A stretch of 64,000 nt of DNA. It comes from an uncultured Bacteroidales bacterium. Its GTDB lineage: Bacteria; Bacteroidota; Bacteroidia; Bacteroidales; Paludibacteraceae. The translations under genes were made by a program, and so were the position numbers. Location of the stretch: positions 911 to 64,910 of the forward strand of contig ONHW01000010.1 of NCBI GenBank assembly GCA_900317745.1, written 5' to 3'. Below, piece by piece: positions 53,768 to 63,525 of the stretch (position 1 is its first letter; every line of letters begins with the position of its first letter). A model generated the notes under the pieces. That model was not told the origin of the DNA and searched no databases. It saw only the letters and a list, made by a program, of their open reading frames with translations.

Positions 53768-55732
53768 ATGAAACGATATTGCCAACGAATACAGCGCAGT
53801 GTGGCGGCTCCGGTGTGGGCCGTGGTGTGGAACCTGCTTCTGGCCTACATCACCTACGGGCTTGCCCGGCTGGTGTTTTATCTGCTCAATCGCGACATAT
53901 TGGCGCCTGCGCTGGCCCAGGGAGGGTGGCTCGATGTGGTGCTGGGCGGCTTGATGTTCGACACGTCGGCCATCGTTTATACCAATGCCCTGTGGCTGCT
54001 GCTGATGTTGCTCCCGCTTCACATCAAGGAAAACGCGACCTATCATCGCGTGCTTCGCTGGCTGTTTGTGGTGGTCAACGGCCTGGCGCTGGTGGTGAAC
54101 CTGTGCGACGCGGTGTACTTCCCGTTCACCATGCGGCGCACCACGAGCACGGTGCTTGACGAGTTTGCCAACGAAAGCAACCTTTTCTCCATCGTCGCCG
54201 GCGAGGTGGTGAGGCATTGGTACCTCGTGCTGCTGGCCGCTGCAGCGGTGGCCGCGTTGTGGCGCCTCTATTTCACTCCCCGGGTGCGGCGCCCCGTCTT
54301 TCTGTGGGCCTACTACCCCACCCTGCTGGTGGCCCTGCCGCTGTTAGGGCTGCTGAGCGTGGCCGGCATGCGTGGCGGCTTCACCACGGCAGTACGTCCC
54401 ATCACGGTGAGCAATGCCAACCAGTATGTGAGCCGGCCGATGGATGCCGCGCTGGTGCTGAACACCCCGTTCTCGCTGATTCGCACGCTCGGCAAGAACG
54501 TGTTCCGTGTGCCGGATTATTACCCCGACGAGCAGCAGTTGGCTGCCGTCTACACCCCCGTCCACCGTCCCTGCGACTCGGTGCCCATGGTGCATAAAAA
54601 CGTGGTGGTGATTATTGTGGAGAGTTTCGGCCGTGAGTATGTGGGAGCACTCAACCGCGACCTTGACGGCGGCAACTACCGTGGCTACACCCCCTTCACC
54701 GACTCGCTGATTTCCCGCAGCGTCACGTTCACCCACAGTTATGCTAACGGCCACAAGAGCATCGACGGCATGCCATCCATCCTGTCGAGTATCCCCATGA
54801 TGGTGGAGCCCTTCTTCCTGACGCCGGCGGCCATGAACCAAGTGTCGGGGCTGGCGCGCGTGCTTCACGACGAGGGCTACCAGACGGCATTCTTTCACGG
54901 GGCACAGAACGGCAGCATGGGATTTCAGGCATTTGCCCGCACCACGGGCTTTGATGCCTACTATGGCCGCACCGAGTTTGATGCCGACCCCTCGACCGGC
55001 GGTGATGCCGATTTTGACGGCACTTGGGCCATCTGGGACGAGCCGTTCCTGCAGTATTACTGCCGCACGATGGGAGAGCTACACGAGCCCTTTATGACGG
55101 CCGTGTTCACTGCGTCGTCGCACCACCCCTTTGTGGTGCCCGAGCAGTATGTTGACTCATTTCCTGCCGGCACGCAGCCCATTCATCGGTGCATCGGCTA
55201 CACCGACCATGCGCTGCGGCGCTTTTTTGAGGCCGCCAGCCGGCAGCCGTGGTTCAACAACACGATATTTGTGCTCACCGCCGACCACACCAACATGAGC
55301 GCCCGTAGTGAGTATCAGACCGATTTGGGTGAGTTCTCAGTGCCCATTATCATCTATGACCCCAGTGGCGACCTGCCCCCGGCGATGGAAGACAAAATTG
55401 CCCAGCAAATCGACATCTTGCCCACACTGCTGGGTCTGCTGCATTACGGCAAGCCTTATTTTGCCTTCGGCATTGATGTGCTCCACACTCCTGCGGCCGA
55501 TACCTGGGCTTTCTCCTACCTGAACGGTGTGTACCAATATGCGAAGGACGGGTTGTTCCTTCAGTGGGACGGGCAGCGCACGGTGGGGCTTTATTCCCTT
55601 GACGACCGCTTGATGCAGCACAATCTGGCCGGCACCGGCGTTGCACAACAAGCAAAGCTGGAACGAGAGGTGAAAGCCCTCATCCAGCAGTACATGATGC
55701 GCATGACGGCCGACCGGCTGCGGGTGGATTAG
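53768..55732 (+). CDS. LTA synthase family protein (membrane-anchored sulfatase / phosphoglycerol-transferase-like)
   Basis: Five N-terminal TM segments, then a sulfatase-type domain (VVIIVESFGREY, TADHT). The ATG at 53768 is preferred over the GTG at 53765. Confidence 0.8.
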   Translation: MKRYCQRIQRSVAAPVWAVVWNLLLAYITYGLARLVFYLLNRDILAPALAQGGWLDVVLGGLMFDTSAIVYTNALWLLLMLLPLHIKENATYHRVLRWLFVVVNGLALVVNLCDAVYFPFTMRRTTSTVLDEFANESNLFSIVAGEVVRHWYLVLLAAAAVAALWRLYFTPRVRRPVFLWAYYPTLLVALPLLGLLSVAGMRGGFTTAVRPITVSNANQYVSRPMDAALVLNTPFSLIRTLGKNVFRVPDYYPDEQQLAAVYTPVHRPCDSVPMVHKNVVVIIVESFGREYVGALNRDLDGGNYRGYTPFTDSLISRSVTFTHSYANGHKSIDGMPSILSSIPMMVEPFFLTPAAMNQVSGLARVLHDEGYQTAFFHGAQNGSMGFQAFARTTGFDAYYGRTEFDADPSTGGDADFDGTWAIWDEPFLQYYCRTMGELHEPFMTAVFTASSHHPFVVPEQYVDSFPAGTQPIHRCIGYTDHALRRFFEAASRQPWFNNTIFVLTADHTNMSARSEYQTDLGEFSVPIIIYDPSGDLPPAMEDKIAQQIDILPTLLGLLHYGKPYFAFGIDVLHTPAADTWAFSYLNGVYQYAKDGLFLQWDGQRTVGLYSLDDRLMQHNLAGTGVAQQAKLEREVKALIQQYMMRMTADRLRVD

Positions 55733-56436
55733 CGGTTGATGAATTCCTGGAAAGCCTGCTTGTAGCTGTCGCCGATGGGGATGTAAACCGAGCCGAAGAC
55801 AATCCGGTTGCGGTCGATTTCGCGGATTTTCGACTTGTTGACAATGAAAGAGCGGTGCACGCGCATGAAACGCGACGATGGCAGCATCTGCTCCATGGCT
55901 TTCATATTTATCAATGAAAGAATGGGGTGCTGCGACTGCTCGGTGTAGATTTTCACATAGTCTTTCAGCCCTTCGATGTAGCGAATGTCGTCCAAGTTGA
56001 TTTGCAGCAGTTTGTACTCACTTTTCACAAAAATCGAAGTCACTTCGTCGGCTGGCTTGCTCTCGGCCTGGTGAACTAATTTGAACCACTGCAACGCCTT
56101 GTTGCACGCTTCAAGAAAATTGGCATAAGAGATGGGCTTGAGCAAGTAGTCGAGCGCATTGATGCGAAAACCATCGAGCGCATACTGCTCAAAGGCCGTG
56201 GTGAAAATGATGCGTGTGGACTCGGGCAGCATCTTTGACAACTCCAGCCCGTTGAGTTCGGGCATTTGGATGTCGAGGAAGATGATGTCGACCGGTGAGT
56301 CGTTGACTCCGTTGAGCGCATCGATGGCGTTGCCATATTTACCCGACAACTCCATGAACGGTATTTTTTTCACATAACTCGCCAGCAGTTCCACAGCGAG
56401 CGGTTCGTCGTCGACGATAGCGCATTTAATGGTCAT
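55729..56436 (-). CDS. LytR/AlgR-family response regulator (REC + LytTR)
   Basis: AIVDDEPLA....DIIFLDIQMP receiver motifs. The C-terminus FMRVHRSFIVN is a LytTR DNA-binding motif. Confidence 0.9.
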   Translation of the reverse strand: MTIKCAIVDDEPLAVELLASYVKKIPFMELSGKYGNAIDALNGVNDSPVDIIFLDIQMPELNGLELSKMLPESTRIIFTTAFEQYALDGFRINALDYLLKPISYANFLEACNKALQWFKLVHQAESKPADEVTSIFVKSEYKLLQINLDDIRYIEGLKDYVKIYTEQSQHPILSLINMKAMEQMLPSSRFMRVHRSFIVNKSKIREIDRNRIVFGSVYIPIGDSYKQAFQEFINR

Positions 56437-57508
56437 GGTGTATAACGATTTTAGAGAAATATTCGGTTCCGTCGGCGCTCACTCCCTTTTCCCAAGTGTA
56501 GTGGCCCGGATACATGAGTTCCAGTCGCTTGCTCACCTGCTCCAGGCCGATGCCCGACCCACTTTTGTCGTTCTGGCGCTTGGGGTGGTTGCTGTTGGTG
56601 ATTTGACAGGTGACGGTGCCTTGGTGCTGGCTCAGCGTCATGTCAATAAATCCTTTTCCGGCTTGCGAAATGCCATGCTTGAAGGCGTTTTCCAGCAGAG
56701 AGATGAAAATGAGCGGCGCGATGGGCGTGGAGTCGTCGGGCTCCACGTCAATATGCGTGGTCACCTGCACTTGGTCGGTGAGTCGGATGCGCATCAGTTC
56801 GATGTAGTTTTGCATGAAAGCCACCTCTTTGTAGAGTGGCACGAAATTCTGCTGGTTGTCATAGAGCACATGGCGCAGCAGTTTTGAAAGCTCTTCGACG
56901 GCCGTCTGCGCCTTGTCGCTGTCGAAAGCAATCAGGGCGTAGATGTTGTTCAGCGTGTTGAGCAGGAAGTGTGGGTTGAGCTGGTTGCGCAGATTGCTCA
57001 ACTCGGCCTCGGTACGGTTTTTTTCGGCTTCCTTGCGCGCCTCCTCCAGGTGCTGCCATCGCTGGCTCATGCGCACGGCCAAAGCAAGACCCGCCACCAG
57101 GATGAGCATGATGGCATTGTAGAAGAACATGGGATAGCGCGGTGGCCGTGGCCCTCGGGCATGGCTGCCGTGTGATGTCATGCCGTCGATGGTAAACAGT
57201 TCGTTCATCAGGTGCCACCACCCCGTCATGAGCAACATCGCCACCACCACGGCCACCACGTTGATGGCATAGAAAGCCGCCTTATGGTCACGGAAATAAA
57301 ACTTGGGCACCAGCCACAGGTAGTTGAGATAAAACAGCAGCATGTAGCACAGCGGCGCTCCCAGCGAGCGCATGAAGTGGTGGCGCGTCACCTGCCACGG
57401 CGCGTCGCTGGAATTATAGAAAAATAGTGGCAAGAACAGCACGATGCTCCAGCACAGCACATGGATGAGTGCTGCCCGCTTGCCCGTTATGTTGGTTTTT
57501 GATGGCAT
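56426..57508 (-). CDS. Sensor histidine kinase (LytS/YehU type)
   Basis: Four TM segments, then LRNQLNPHFLLNTLNNIYAL (His_kinase PF06580-type H box) and an HATPase_c region (ENAFKHG, GSGIGL). Confidence 0.85.
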   Translation of the reverse strand: MPSKTNITGKRAALIHVLCWSIVLFLPLFFYNSSDAPWQVTRHHFMRSLGAPLCYMLLFYLNYLWLVPKFYFRDHKAAFYAINVVAVVVAMLLMTGWWHLMNELFTIDGMTSHGSHARGPRPPRYPMFFYNAIMLILVAGLALAVRMSQRWQHLEEARKEAEKNRTEAELSNLRNQLNPHFLLNTLNNIYALIAFDSDKAQTAVEELSKLLRHVLYDNQQNFVPLYKEVAFMQNYIELMRIRLTDQVQVTTHIDVEPDDSTPIAPLIFISLLENAFKHGISQAGKGFIDMTLSQHQGTVTCQITNSNHPKRQNDKSGSGIGLEQVSKRLELMYPGHYTWEKGVSADGTEYFSKIVIHHDH

Positions 57509-57563
57509 GAATGAAATGTTTTGTCAAATGCAAAGATACAGAATTATCACATTCCGGTCAAGA

Positions 57564-58787
57564 CTATTCATACCGGATGGCCTCAATGGGGTCGAGATTG
57601 GCGGCTTTCTTGGCAGGGTACCATCCGAAAAACACCCCGGTGATGGTACACACCACAAACGACAGCAGCACCGTCCAGGCTTGCACGCTGATGGGCCACC
57701 CGGCCAGTGTTTTCACGGCCAGAGAGGCCGCGATGCCCAGCAGCATCCCGATGACTCCGCCGGTGACACTGATGAGGATGGCCTCGATGAGGAACTGGCT
57801 CAGGATGTCGATGCCGCGTGCGCCCACGCTCATGCGAAGTCCGATTTCGCGGGTGCGCTCGGTCACGCTCACATACATGATGTTCATGATGCCGATGCCA
57901 CCCACCACCAGCGAAATACCCGCCACACAGGCCAGCAGTAATGTGAGCATGCTCATGGTGGAGGTCATCATCGAGCTGATTTCTTCCTGTGAGCGTATGG
58001 AGAAATCGTCGTCTTCGCCGTCGCGCAGTTTGTGGTCGGTCCTGAGGATTGACGTCACGTCCTTGATGGCCAGCGGTGTGATTTCCTCGGTGATGGCGCT
58101 GGCGTAGATGCTTTGCAGATAGGTTTGCGCCAGCACACGCTTCATGACGGTGGTGTAAGGCATGAGCACAATGGCGTCCTGATCCATGCCCATGGAGTTG
58201 TAACCTTTGCTTTTGAGCACGCCCACCACGCGGACGGGCATTTTGTTGAAGCGTATCACTTGCCCCACGGGGTCGCTTCCGGCCGGGAACAGGTTGTCGA
58301 CAATGGTTTTTCCTATCACGCACACCTTGGTAGCGGCCTTGATATCGGCCTCGGTGAACATTTGCCCGCTTTCCACCTTCAGCTGGCGGATGGTGAGGTA
58401 ACCCTCGCTCACGCCGGTCACGCTGGCCTGATAGTTGTTGTTGCCGTAGATAAGTTGCCCGCTGCTCGACACATTGGGACTCACCGCCGCCAGGTACTTG
58501 TTCTGGTTGACAATGTTCTCAAAGTCGGTGAGCGTGAGGCTTTGGGCGTCGTCGGCGCTCATTCGCGCCCCGCCCGGTCCACGGTCGGCACCCGGGTGAA
58601 TCATGATCATGTTTGAGCCCATCTCGGCGATGTTTTGCTTGATGCTTTCCTTCGACCCTTGTCCGATGGCCAGCATGGTGATTACCGATGCCACGCCGAT
58701 GATGATGCCCAGCATGGTGAGAAAACTGCGCATCTTGTTGTTGGCGATGGCTCTGAGAGCGATTTTGAATAAATTTGTTCCGTTCAT
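57564..58787 (-). CDS. ABC transporter permease (MacB/FtsX type)
   Basis: MacB_PCD-like periplasmic domain between TM1 and TM2. C-terminal FtsX motif VGGIGIMNIM...RTREIGLRMSVGA. Confidence 0.9.
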   Translation of the reverse strand: MNGTNLFKIALRAIANNKMRSFLTMLGIIIGVASVITMLAIGQGSKESIKQNIAEMGSNMIMIHPGADRGPGGARMSADDAQSLTLTDFENIVNQNKYLAAVSPNVSSSGQLIYGNNNYQASVTGVSEGYLTIRQLKVESGQMFTEADIKAATKVCVIGKTIVDNLFPAGSDPVGQVIRFNKMPVRVVGVLKSKGYNSMGMDQDAIVLMPYTTVMKRVLAQTYLQSIYASAITEEITPLAIKDVTSILRTDHKLRDGEDDDFSIRSQEEISSMMTSTMSMLTLLLACVAGISLVVGGIGIMNIMYVSVTERTREIGLRMSVGARGIDILSQFLIEAILISVTGGVIGMLLGIAASLAVKTLAGWPISVQAWTVLLSFVVCTITGVFFGWYPAKKAANLDPIEAIRYE

Positions 58788-58815
58788 CTGTCACTCATGA
58801 ATGTGTGTGTGGTTG

Positions 58816-59559
58816 CTAATCGTCTTCGTTCACGGGCAGTTGTGCAAGCTTCTCGGCGGCGTTGAGCACATGGGGATTCGTCGTGTCGTCGCGCACCTTG
58901 CCGTCGCGCAGCATGATGTTGCGGCTCGAATATTGCGCTATTTCGGGGTTGTGTGTCACAAAGATGATGGTTCGTCCCTCCTTGTGCAGTTCCTGGAAGA
59001 GCACCAAAATTTCGAACGATGTGCGCGTGTCGAGGTTTCCAGTGGCCTCGTCGGCCAGAATCACCGCCGGGTCGTTGACCAGGGCGCGGGCGATGGCAAC
59101 GCGCTGCATCTGTCCGCCCGACATCTGGTTCGACTTGTGATTCAGTCGGTCGCCCAGCCCCACGCGCTTGAGTGCCGTGACGGCTCTTTCATGACGCTGT
59201 GCCGCGCTCACAGCGCCGTTATACATGAGCGGCAGCTCCACATTCTCCACCGCAGTGGTTTTTGGCAGCAGGTTATAGTTTTGGAAGACAAATCCAATCT
59301 TCCTGTTACGCAGTATGGCGCGCGCCGACTTGCTCATGGTGCGCACCGGTGTGCCGTCGAGCCTGTATTCTCCGCTGGTGGGCGTGTCGAGGCAGCCCAA
59401 AATGTTGAGCAGTGTCGATTTGCCCGACCCCGACGTGCCCATGATGGTCACAAACTCCCCCTCGGCAATGGAGAAGGTCACCCCTCTGAGCGCCCGTACC
59501 GTTTCATCGCCCACGATGAAGTCCCGGCGTATGTTCTCGAGTTCGATGATGGGTTTCAT
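58816..59559 (-). CDS. ABC transporter ATP-binding protein (MacB/LolD type)
   Basis: [27 protein letters not shown] and ILADEATGNLD. Confidence 0.9.
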   Translation of the reverse strand: MKPIIELENIRRDFIVGDETVRALRGVTFSIAEGEFVTIMGTSGSGKSTLLNILGCLDTPTSGEYRLDGTPVRTMSKSARAILRNRKIGFVFQNYNLLPKTTAVENVELPLMYNGAVSAAQRHERAVTALKRVGLGDRLNHKSNQMSGGQMQRVAIARALVNDPAVILADEATGNLDTRTSFEILVLFQELHKEGRTIIFVTHNPEIAQYSSRNIMLRDGKVRDDTTNPHVLNAAEKLAQLPVNEDD

Positions 59560-60752
59560 TTCTTTTGCTGCTGCTTGTTGTTGCGGTTGCGCGGTCCGGG
59601 CATGAACGGGTTGCTGCCTCCGCTATTGGCGTTGTCTTGCTCCGCTTGTGCGTCGGTGCCGGTGGTGATGTCGGAAACCACGACCGTGCCTTCATCCATG
59701 CCGTTCACAATCTCGGTGTGCACACCGTCGGTGAGGCCGGTGGTCACTTTGTGGGCGGTGAACACATTGCCGTTCAGTGTCCACAGTTTGGGGCTTCCCT
59801 GTACGTTCTGAATGGTGTATTTTTTGCCTATGATTTCAGGTTCAGGCTCAAACCTCAGGGCCTTACTGGGCACGCTCACCACGCCGTTGCGCTCGAGTGT
59901 GAAGATGGTGACATTGGCCGTAAGTCCCGGCATGAGCTTGAGGTCGGCATTGGGGGCGTTGATAACCACCTCGTAGGTCACCACATTGTTGGTGGTCGTG
60001 GCCTTTTGCCGCACTTGTTTCACGCTGCCGGTGAACACATCTTCGGGAAAAGCGTCGACGGTGAAGGTGACCCGTTGCCCCTCCTTGACGTTGCCGATGT
60101 CGGCCTCATCCACGTTGGCCACCACCTGCATGTCGCTCAAGTCCTTGGCGATGGTGAAGAGCGTGGGGGTGTTGAACGACGAAGCCACGGTTTGCCCTTC
60201 TTCCACTTCCTTGCTGATGATGATGCCGTCGATGGGCGAATAGATGGTGGCATATCCCAGGTTGGTGCGCGCCCGTGCCACGCTCTGCTGCGCCACGCTG
60301 ACGCTCTCTTGCGCCTTTTTGTAGCTTTGCAGCGCCACGTCGTATTCGCTGGCGCTCACCAGTTGCTTCTGGTTGAGCTCGCTGTAACGCGCGTAGTTTT
60401 TCTTTTGATATTCCAGGTCGCTTTGCGCGCTGCGTAGGTTTGCTTGTGCGCTGGCGAGCTCGCTTTGCAGGTTGGTTCGGTCGAGCTCGGCAATAACCTG
60501 TCCCTTTTTGACCACGCTGTTGTAGTCCACATAAAGACGTTTCAAGATGCCCGAAACCTGTGTACCCACCTCAACGGTGGTGACCGCTTCGATGGTGCCC
60601 GTGGCCGTGACGCTGGTGGCGATGTCGGCGCGCTGCACCTTGACAGTCTCAAAGTGGATGCGGTTCTCGGCCTTTTTCTTGCCCAGCAGCATAAAAACCG
60701 CAAAAGCGGCAATCACAGCCACAGCTGCAATGATGATGGTTTTCTTTTTCAT
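59556..60752 (-). CDS. Efflux transporter periplasmic adaptor subunit (MacA/HlyD_D23 type)
   Basis: N-terminal TM anchor, lipoyl motif VKKGQVIAELD, coiled-coil, beta-barrel, and a basic C-terminal tail. Confidence 0.9.
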   Translation of the reverse strand: MKKKTIIIAAVAVIAAFAVFMLLGKKKAENRIHFETVKVQRADIATSVTATGTIEAVTTVEVGTQVSGILKRLYVDYNSVVKKGQVIAELDRTNLQSELASAQANLRSAQSDLEYQKKNYARYSELNQKQLVSASEYDVALQSYKKAQESVSVAQQSVARARTNLGYATIYSPIDGIIISKEVEEGQTVASSFNTPTLFTIAKDLSDMQVVANVDEADIGNVKEGQRVTFTVDAFPEDVFTGSVKQVRQKATTTNNVVTYEVVINAPNADLKLMPGLTANVTIFTLERNGVVSVPSKALRFEPEPEIIGKKYTIQNVQGSPKLWTLNGNVFTAHKVTTGLTDGVHTEIVNGMDEGTVVVSDITTGTDAQAEQDNANSGGSNPFMPGPRNRNNKQQQKK

Positions 60753-60782
60753 ATTGTGTGATTTATGTGTTTTGTCGTGTGG

Positions 60783-62132
60783 TTATAAGTTGATTTTTTC
60801 GCCGCCATAGTATTTGAGCAGGGCGGTGTTGAGCACGGCCATGTACTTGGCTTGCAGCATTTGCTGCATGGCGGCGCTGTAGGTGGTTTTGTCGGTCATC
60901 AGCTCGATGATGTTTTTCAGGCCCAGCCTGAACTGCTCGCTGGTGAGTTCGTAGCTGGTGCGTGCGGCATTCACCTTTTGCTGGGCAGCCTTGTAGCGGT
61001 GCTGGTTGCTGTAGGCCGTTTGCCAATAATTCTCAATGGTTTTCCACAAAGTTTTCTCTGTTTCAACTAGGGTGAGCCGTGCATTCTCTTTCTCAAGCCT
61101 TGCCTTGGCCACGGCATTGCGGGTTTTGTGGTGGTCCCAGATGGGCACTGTCACATTCACCCCCACCCCATTGTTCCATCGGTTTTTGAGCTGGGTGAAC
61201 ATGTTTCCGCCGCTGGTGTTGTTTCCGGTGCTGATGCCTGCGCTCAGGTTCACGGTGGGCAGCAAAGCGGCTTTGGCGATTTTCACATCAATGTCGCTGC
61301 GGTCCATCACCAGTTGTTGCGCTTTGACCTCGGGCCGGTTGGCCACAGCGATTGCGTAGATTTCGGCCTTGGCGGGCAGTGGTGCCATCACATTGTCGGT
61401 GAGCGACGGGTCGGCAATGGTGATGGCCCGGTCGCCGTCGATTTCGAGCAGTTGCTTCAGGGTGAGTTTGTAGCCGTCGAGCTGCGACTCGTCGGCCACA
61501 AGCTGGTAACGGTCGTTGGCCGTTTGCGACTCCAGTTGTGCCACGTCGGCTTTGTTGAGCAATCCGGCCTTGAAGAGAGCCTGCGCCCTTTCGAGTTGCT
61601 TTTCGCTGAGAGCAATCTGCTCGTTGTCGTGTTTGACGGCCTCTTGCGCATAAAGGATTTGCACATAGGCCTTGGTGATGTCTTCCTCCAGGGTAAGCTC
61701 GCTGACGTTGACATTGAGTTCGGCGATTTGGGAGTTGAGTTGTTGCAGCTTGATGTTGTTGCTGGTGCTGCCACCGTTATAGAGTGGCATCGTGGCGTTC
61801 ACGGCATAGGTGCCGCTGTAACTGTTCTTGTTGGTGGTGGAAATCACTTCATCGCCGCTCACGATGGGCGTGCTGCTTTGAAAAGGCTTGTTGCTGTATT
61901 GCTGCGATGAGGTGAAATTGACAGTGGGCTGCCGGTTGGCCCGTGCGTCGGCCACACTGATTTGTGCCTGTTGCACAGCCACTCGCTTGCGTTGCAGCCC
62001 CACGTTTTCTTGCTTGGCGTGCTCGATGCAGCGCTGTAGTGTCCACACTTGTGTCGACAGGCTGTCCTGTGCTATGCCGGTGAATGTCGAAACCGCCATA
62101 AAAAGGAAGATGGAATGTGTTTTCATGTTCAT
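60783..62132 (-). CDS. TolC-family outer membrane efflux protein
   Basis: Start MNMKTHSIFLFMAVSTFTGIAQ; the 47 upstream codons of ORF ..62273 were dropped. A -7 box TAAATTTG lies on the minus strand near 62150. Two OEP-like halves. Confidence 0.85.
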   Translation of the reverse strand: MNMKTHSIFLFMAVSTFTGIAQDSLSTQVWTLQRCIEHAKQENVGLQRKRVAVQQAQISVADARANRQPTVNFTSSQQYSNKPFQSSTPIVSGDEVISTTNKNSYSGTYAVNATMPLYNGGSTSNNIKLQQLNSQIAELNVNVSELTLEEDITKAYVQILYAQEAVKHDNEQIALSEKQLERAQALFKAGLLNKADVAQLESQTANDRYQLVADESQLDGYKLTLKQLLEIDGDRAITIADPSLTDNVMAPLPAKAEIYAIAVANRPEVKAQQLVMDRSDIDVKIAKAALLPTVNLSAGISTGNNTSGGNMFTQLKNRWNNGVGVNVTVPIWDHHKTRNAVAKARLEKENARLTLVETEKTLWKTIENYWQTAYSNQHRYKAAQQKVNAARTSYELTSEQFRLGLKNIIELMTDKTTYSAAMQQMLQAKYMAVLNTALLKYYGGEKINL

Positions 62133-62249
62133 GAAAATAAGAGTTTTTGGCAAATTTAAGCTGAAATCAAGATTGCTCCAACTAAGATAGACCAAACCCT
62201 CGATTTCGTCTACAAACGGCGGATTTTCAGTGCGTGCGAAATGATGAAA

Positions 62250-62277
62250 GGGGGCGAAACCATGTGGTTTCACCCCC
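62250..62277 (-). terminator. 13-bp hairpin after the EEP gene
   Basis: GGGGGCGAAACCA (62250-62262) pairs with TGGTTTCACCCCC (62265-62277) with one mismatch. On the minus strand it is followed by TTTCATCATTT. Confidence 0.6.
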
Positions 62278-62306
62278 TTGTGTGAGTCGACGAATGAGCT
62301 GCGTCG

Positions 62307-63356
62307 CTACTTGATTTCCTTGGTCAGATAGATGATGGTTGGGAAGTGGTCGCTATAACCATTAAGGAAAACTCCGCCCGAATAGGTGCGCAGCGGGTAT
62401 CCCTGGCGGTCGCCCTCGGTGGTTTTGAGCCAGTCGCGGTTGAGCACCTCGGCGCGCAGGAATGTGAGCTGTGGTTTCTCCTTGCTGTCGTAGTATTTCA
62501 GGAAATGCTGCGTCATGACGATTTGGTCGAAGAGGTTCCACTGCCCGCGGTAGGCCAGTGTTCCGATACCCTTGTCCAGGAGTTTCCACCAGGGGTTGTA
62601 CACATCGTCCGGGTCATCGCAGTCTTTGAGGTCGCGTTTGGCCTTCAGCACCTCGGCACAGCTCTTGTTCTGCGGGTCATCGTTGAGGTCGCCCATGAAG
62701 ATGATGCCTTGGTTGGGGTCGTCGCGCAGGAGCGAGTCGATGGTGCGCCGTGCCATGGCGGCTGCGGCCTCGCGCAGGTAGCTCGATGCATCCTCGCCTC
62801 CCAGCCTCGATGGCCAGTGGTTCACCAGCACGCTCACCTTGTCGCCGGCCAGCATGCCGGTGACGCACAGCTGGTCGCGTGTGCGGAAGTTGGGGTTCCC
62901 TTCGATGGAGAGCCGCTGATTGGTGACGTTGAGCACCTTGAACAGGCGGGGGTTGTAGAGCAGCCCCACGTCCACGCCGCGGCGGTCGGGGCCGTCGTGG
63001 TGCACGATTTGGTATCGGCGATTTTTAATTTCGGGCATGCGCACGAGGTCTTGCAGCACGGTGATGTTTTCTATCTCGCTCACCCCGATGATGGCGGGCC
63101 CGTCGGGCGTCCCCTTGGTGGTGATTTGCGCGATGGTGTAGGCCATGTTGTGCTGTTTCTTCCAGTATTTCTCATGATTCCACTGGCGTGCGCCTTGGGG
63201 TGAGAATTCGAGGTCGTACACGCCGTTGTTGTTAATGGTGTCGAACAGATTCTCCAGGTTATAGAACATCACGCCGTAGATGTTATAGCGGTGTTCCTGA
63301 GCCACTGCAGGCGCCAGTGCCAGCAGTGCAAGAATCGTAAAAATGAATTTTTTCAT
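62307..63356 (-). CDS. Endonuclease/exonuclease/phosphatase (EEP) family protein, secreted
   Basis: Start MKKFIFTILALLALAPAVAQ (signal peptide). EEP-type motifs GVSEIEN, VNHWPSR, GDLND and SDHFP. Confidence 0.8.
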   Translation of the reverse strand: MKKFIFTILALLALAPAVAQEHRYNIYGVMFYNLENLFDTINNNGVYDLEFSPQGARQWNHEKYWKKQHNMAYTIAQITTKGTPDGPAIIGVSEIENITVLQDLVRMPEIKNRRYQIVHHDGPDRRGVDVGLLYNPRLFKVLNVTNQRLSIEGNPNFRTRDQLCVTGMLAGDKVSVLVNHWPSRLGGEDASSYLREAAAAMARRTIDSLLRDDPNQGIIFMGDLNDDPQNKSCAEVLKAKRDLKDCDDPDDVYNPWWKLLDKGIGTLAYRGQWNLFDQIVMTQHFLKYYDSKEKPQLTFLRAEVLNRDWLKTTEGDRQGYPLRTYSGGVFLNGYSDHFPTIIYLTKEIK

Positions 63357-63458
63357 GATGATGGGCGGGTTTATGGTTTGTCTTTGTTTGCAAAGATAGT
63401 AAAATAATTTGATTATCACCCTGCAGAGCGTGTTTTTTTGGGTCTTGGCCGAAACAAA

Positions 63459-63490
63459 GTGGCGGCCCGCCAGCATGTGGGGGCCGCCAC
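63459..63490 (-). terminator. Hairpin + T-tract after the upstream (partial) gene
   Basis: GTGGCGGCCC (63459-63468) pairs with GGGCCGCCAC (63481-63490). On the minus strand it is followed by TTTGTTT. Confidence 0.65.
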
Positions 63491-63525
63491 CGAGAAGGTT
63501 TTTAGCGGTGTGTGTCGCTTGCCGG

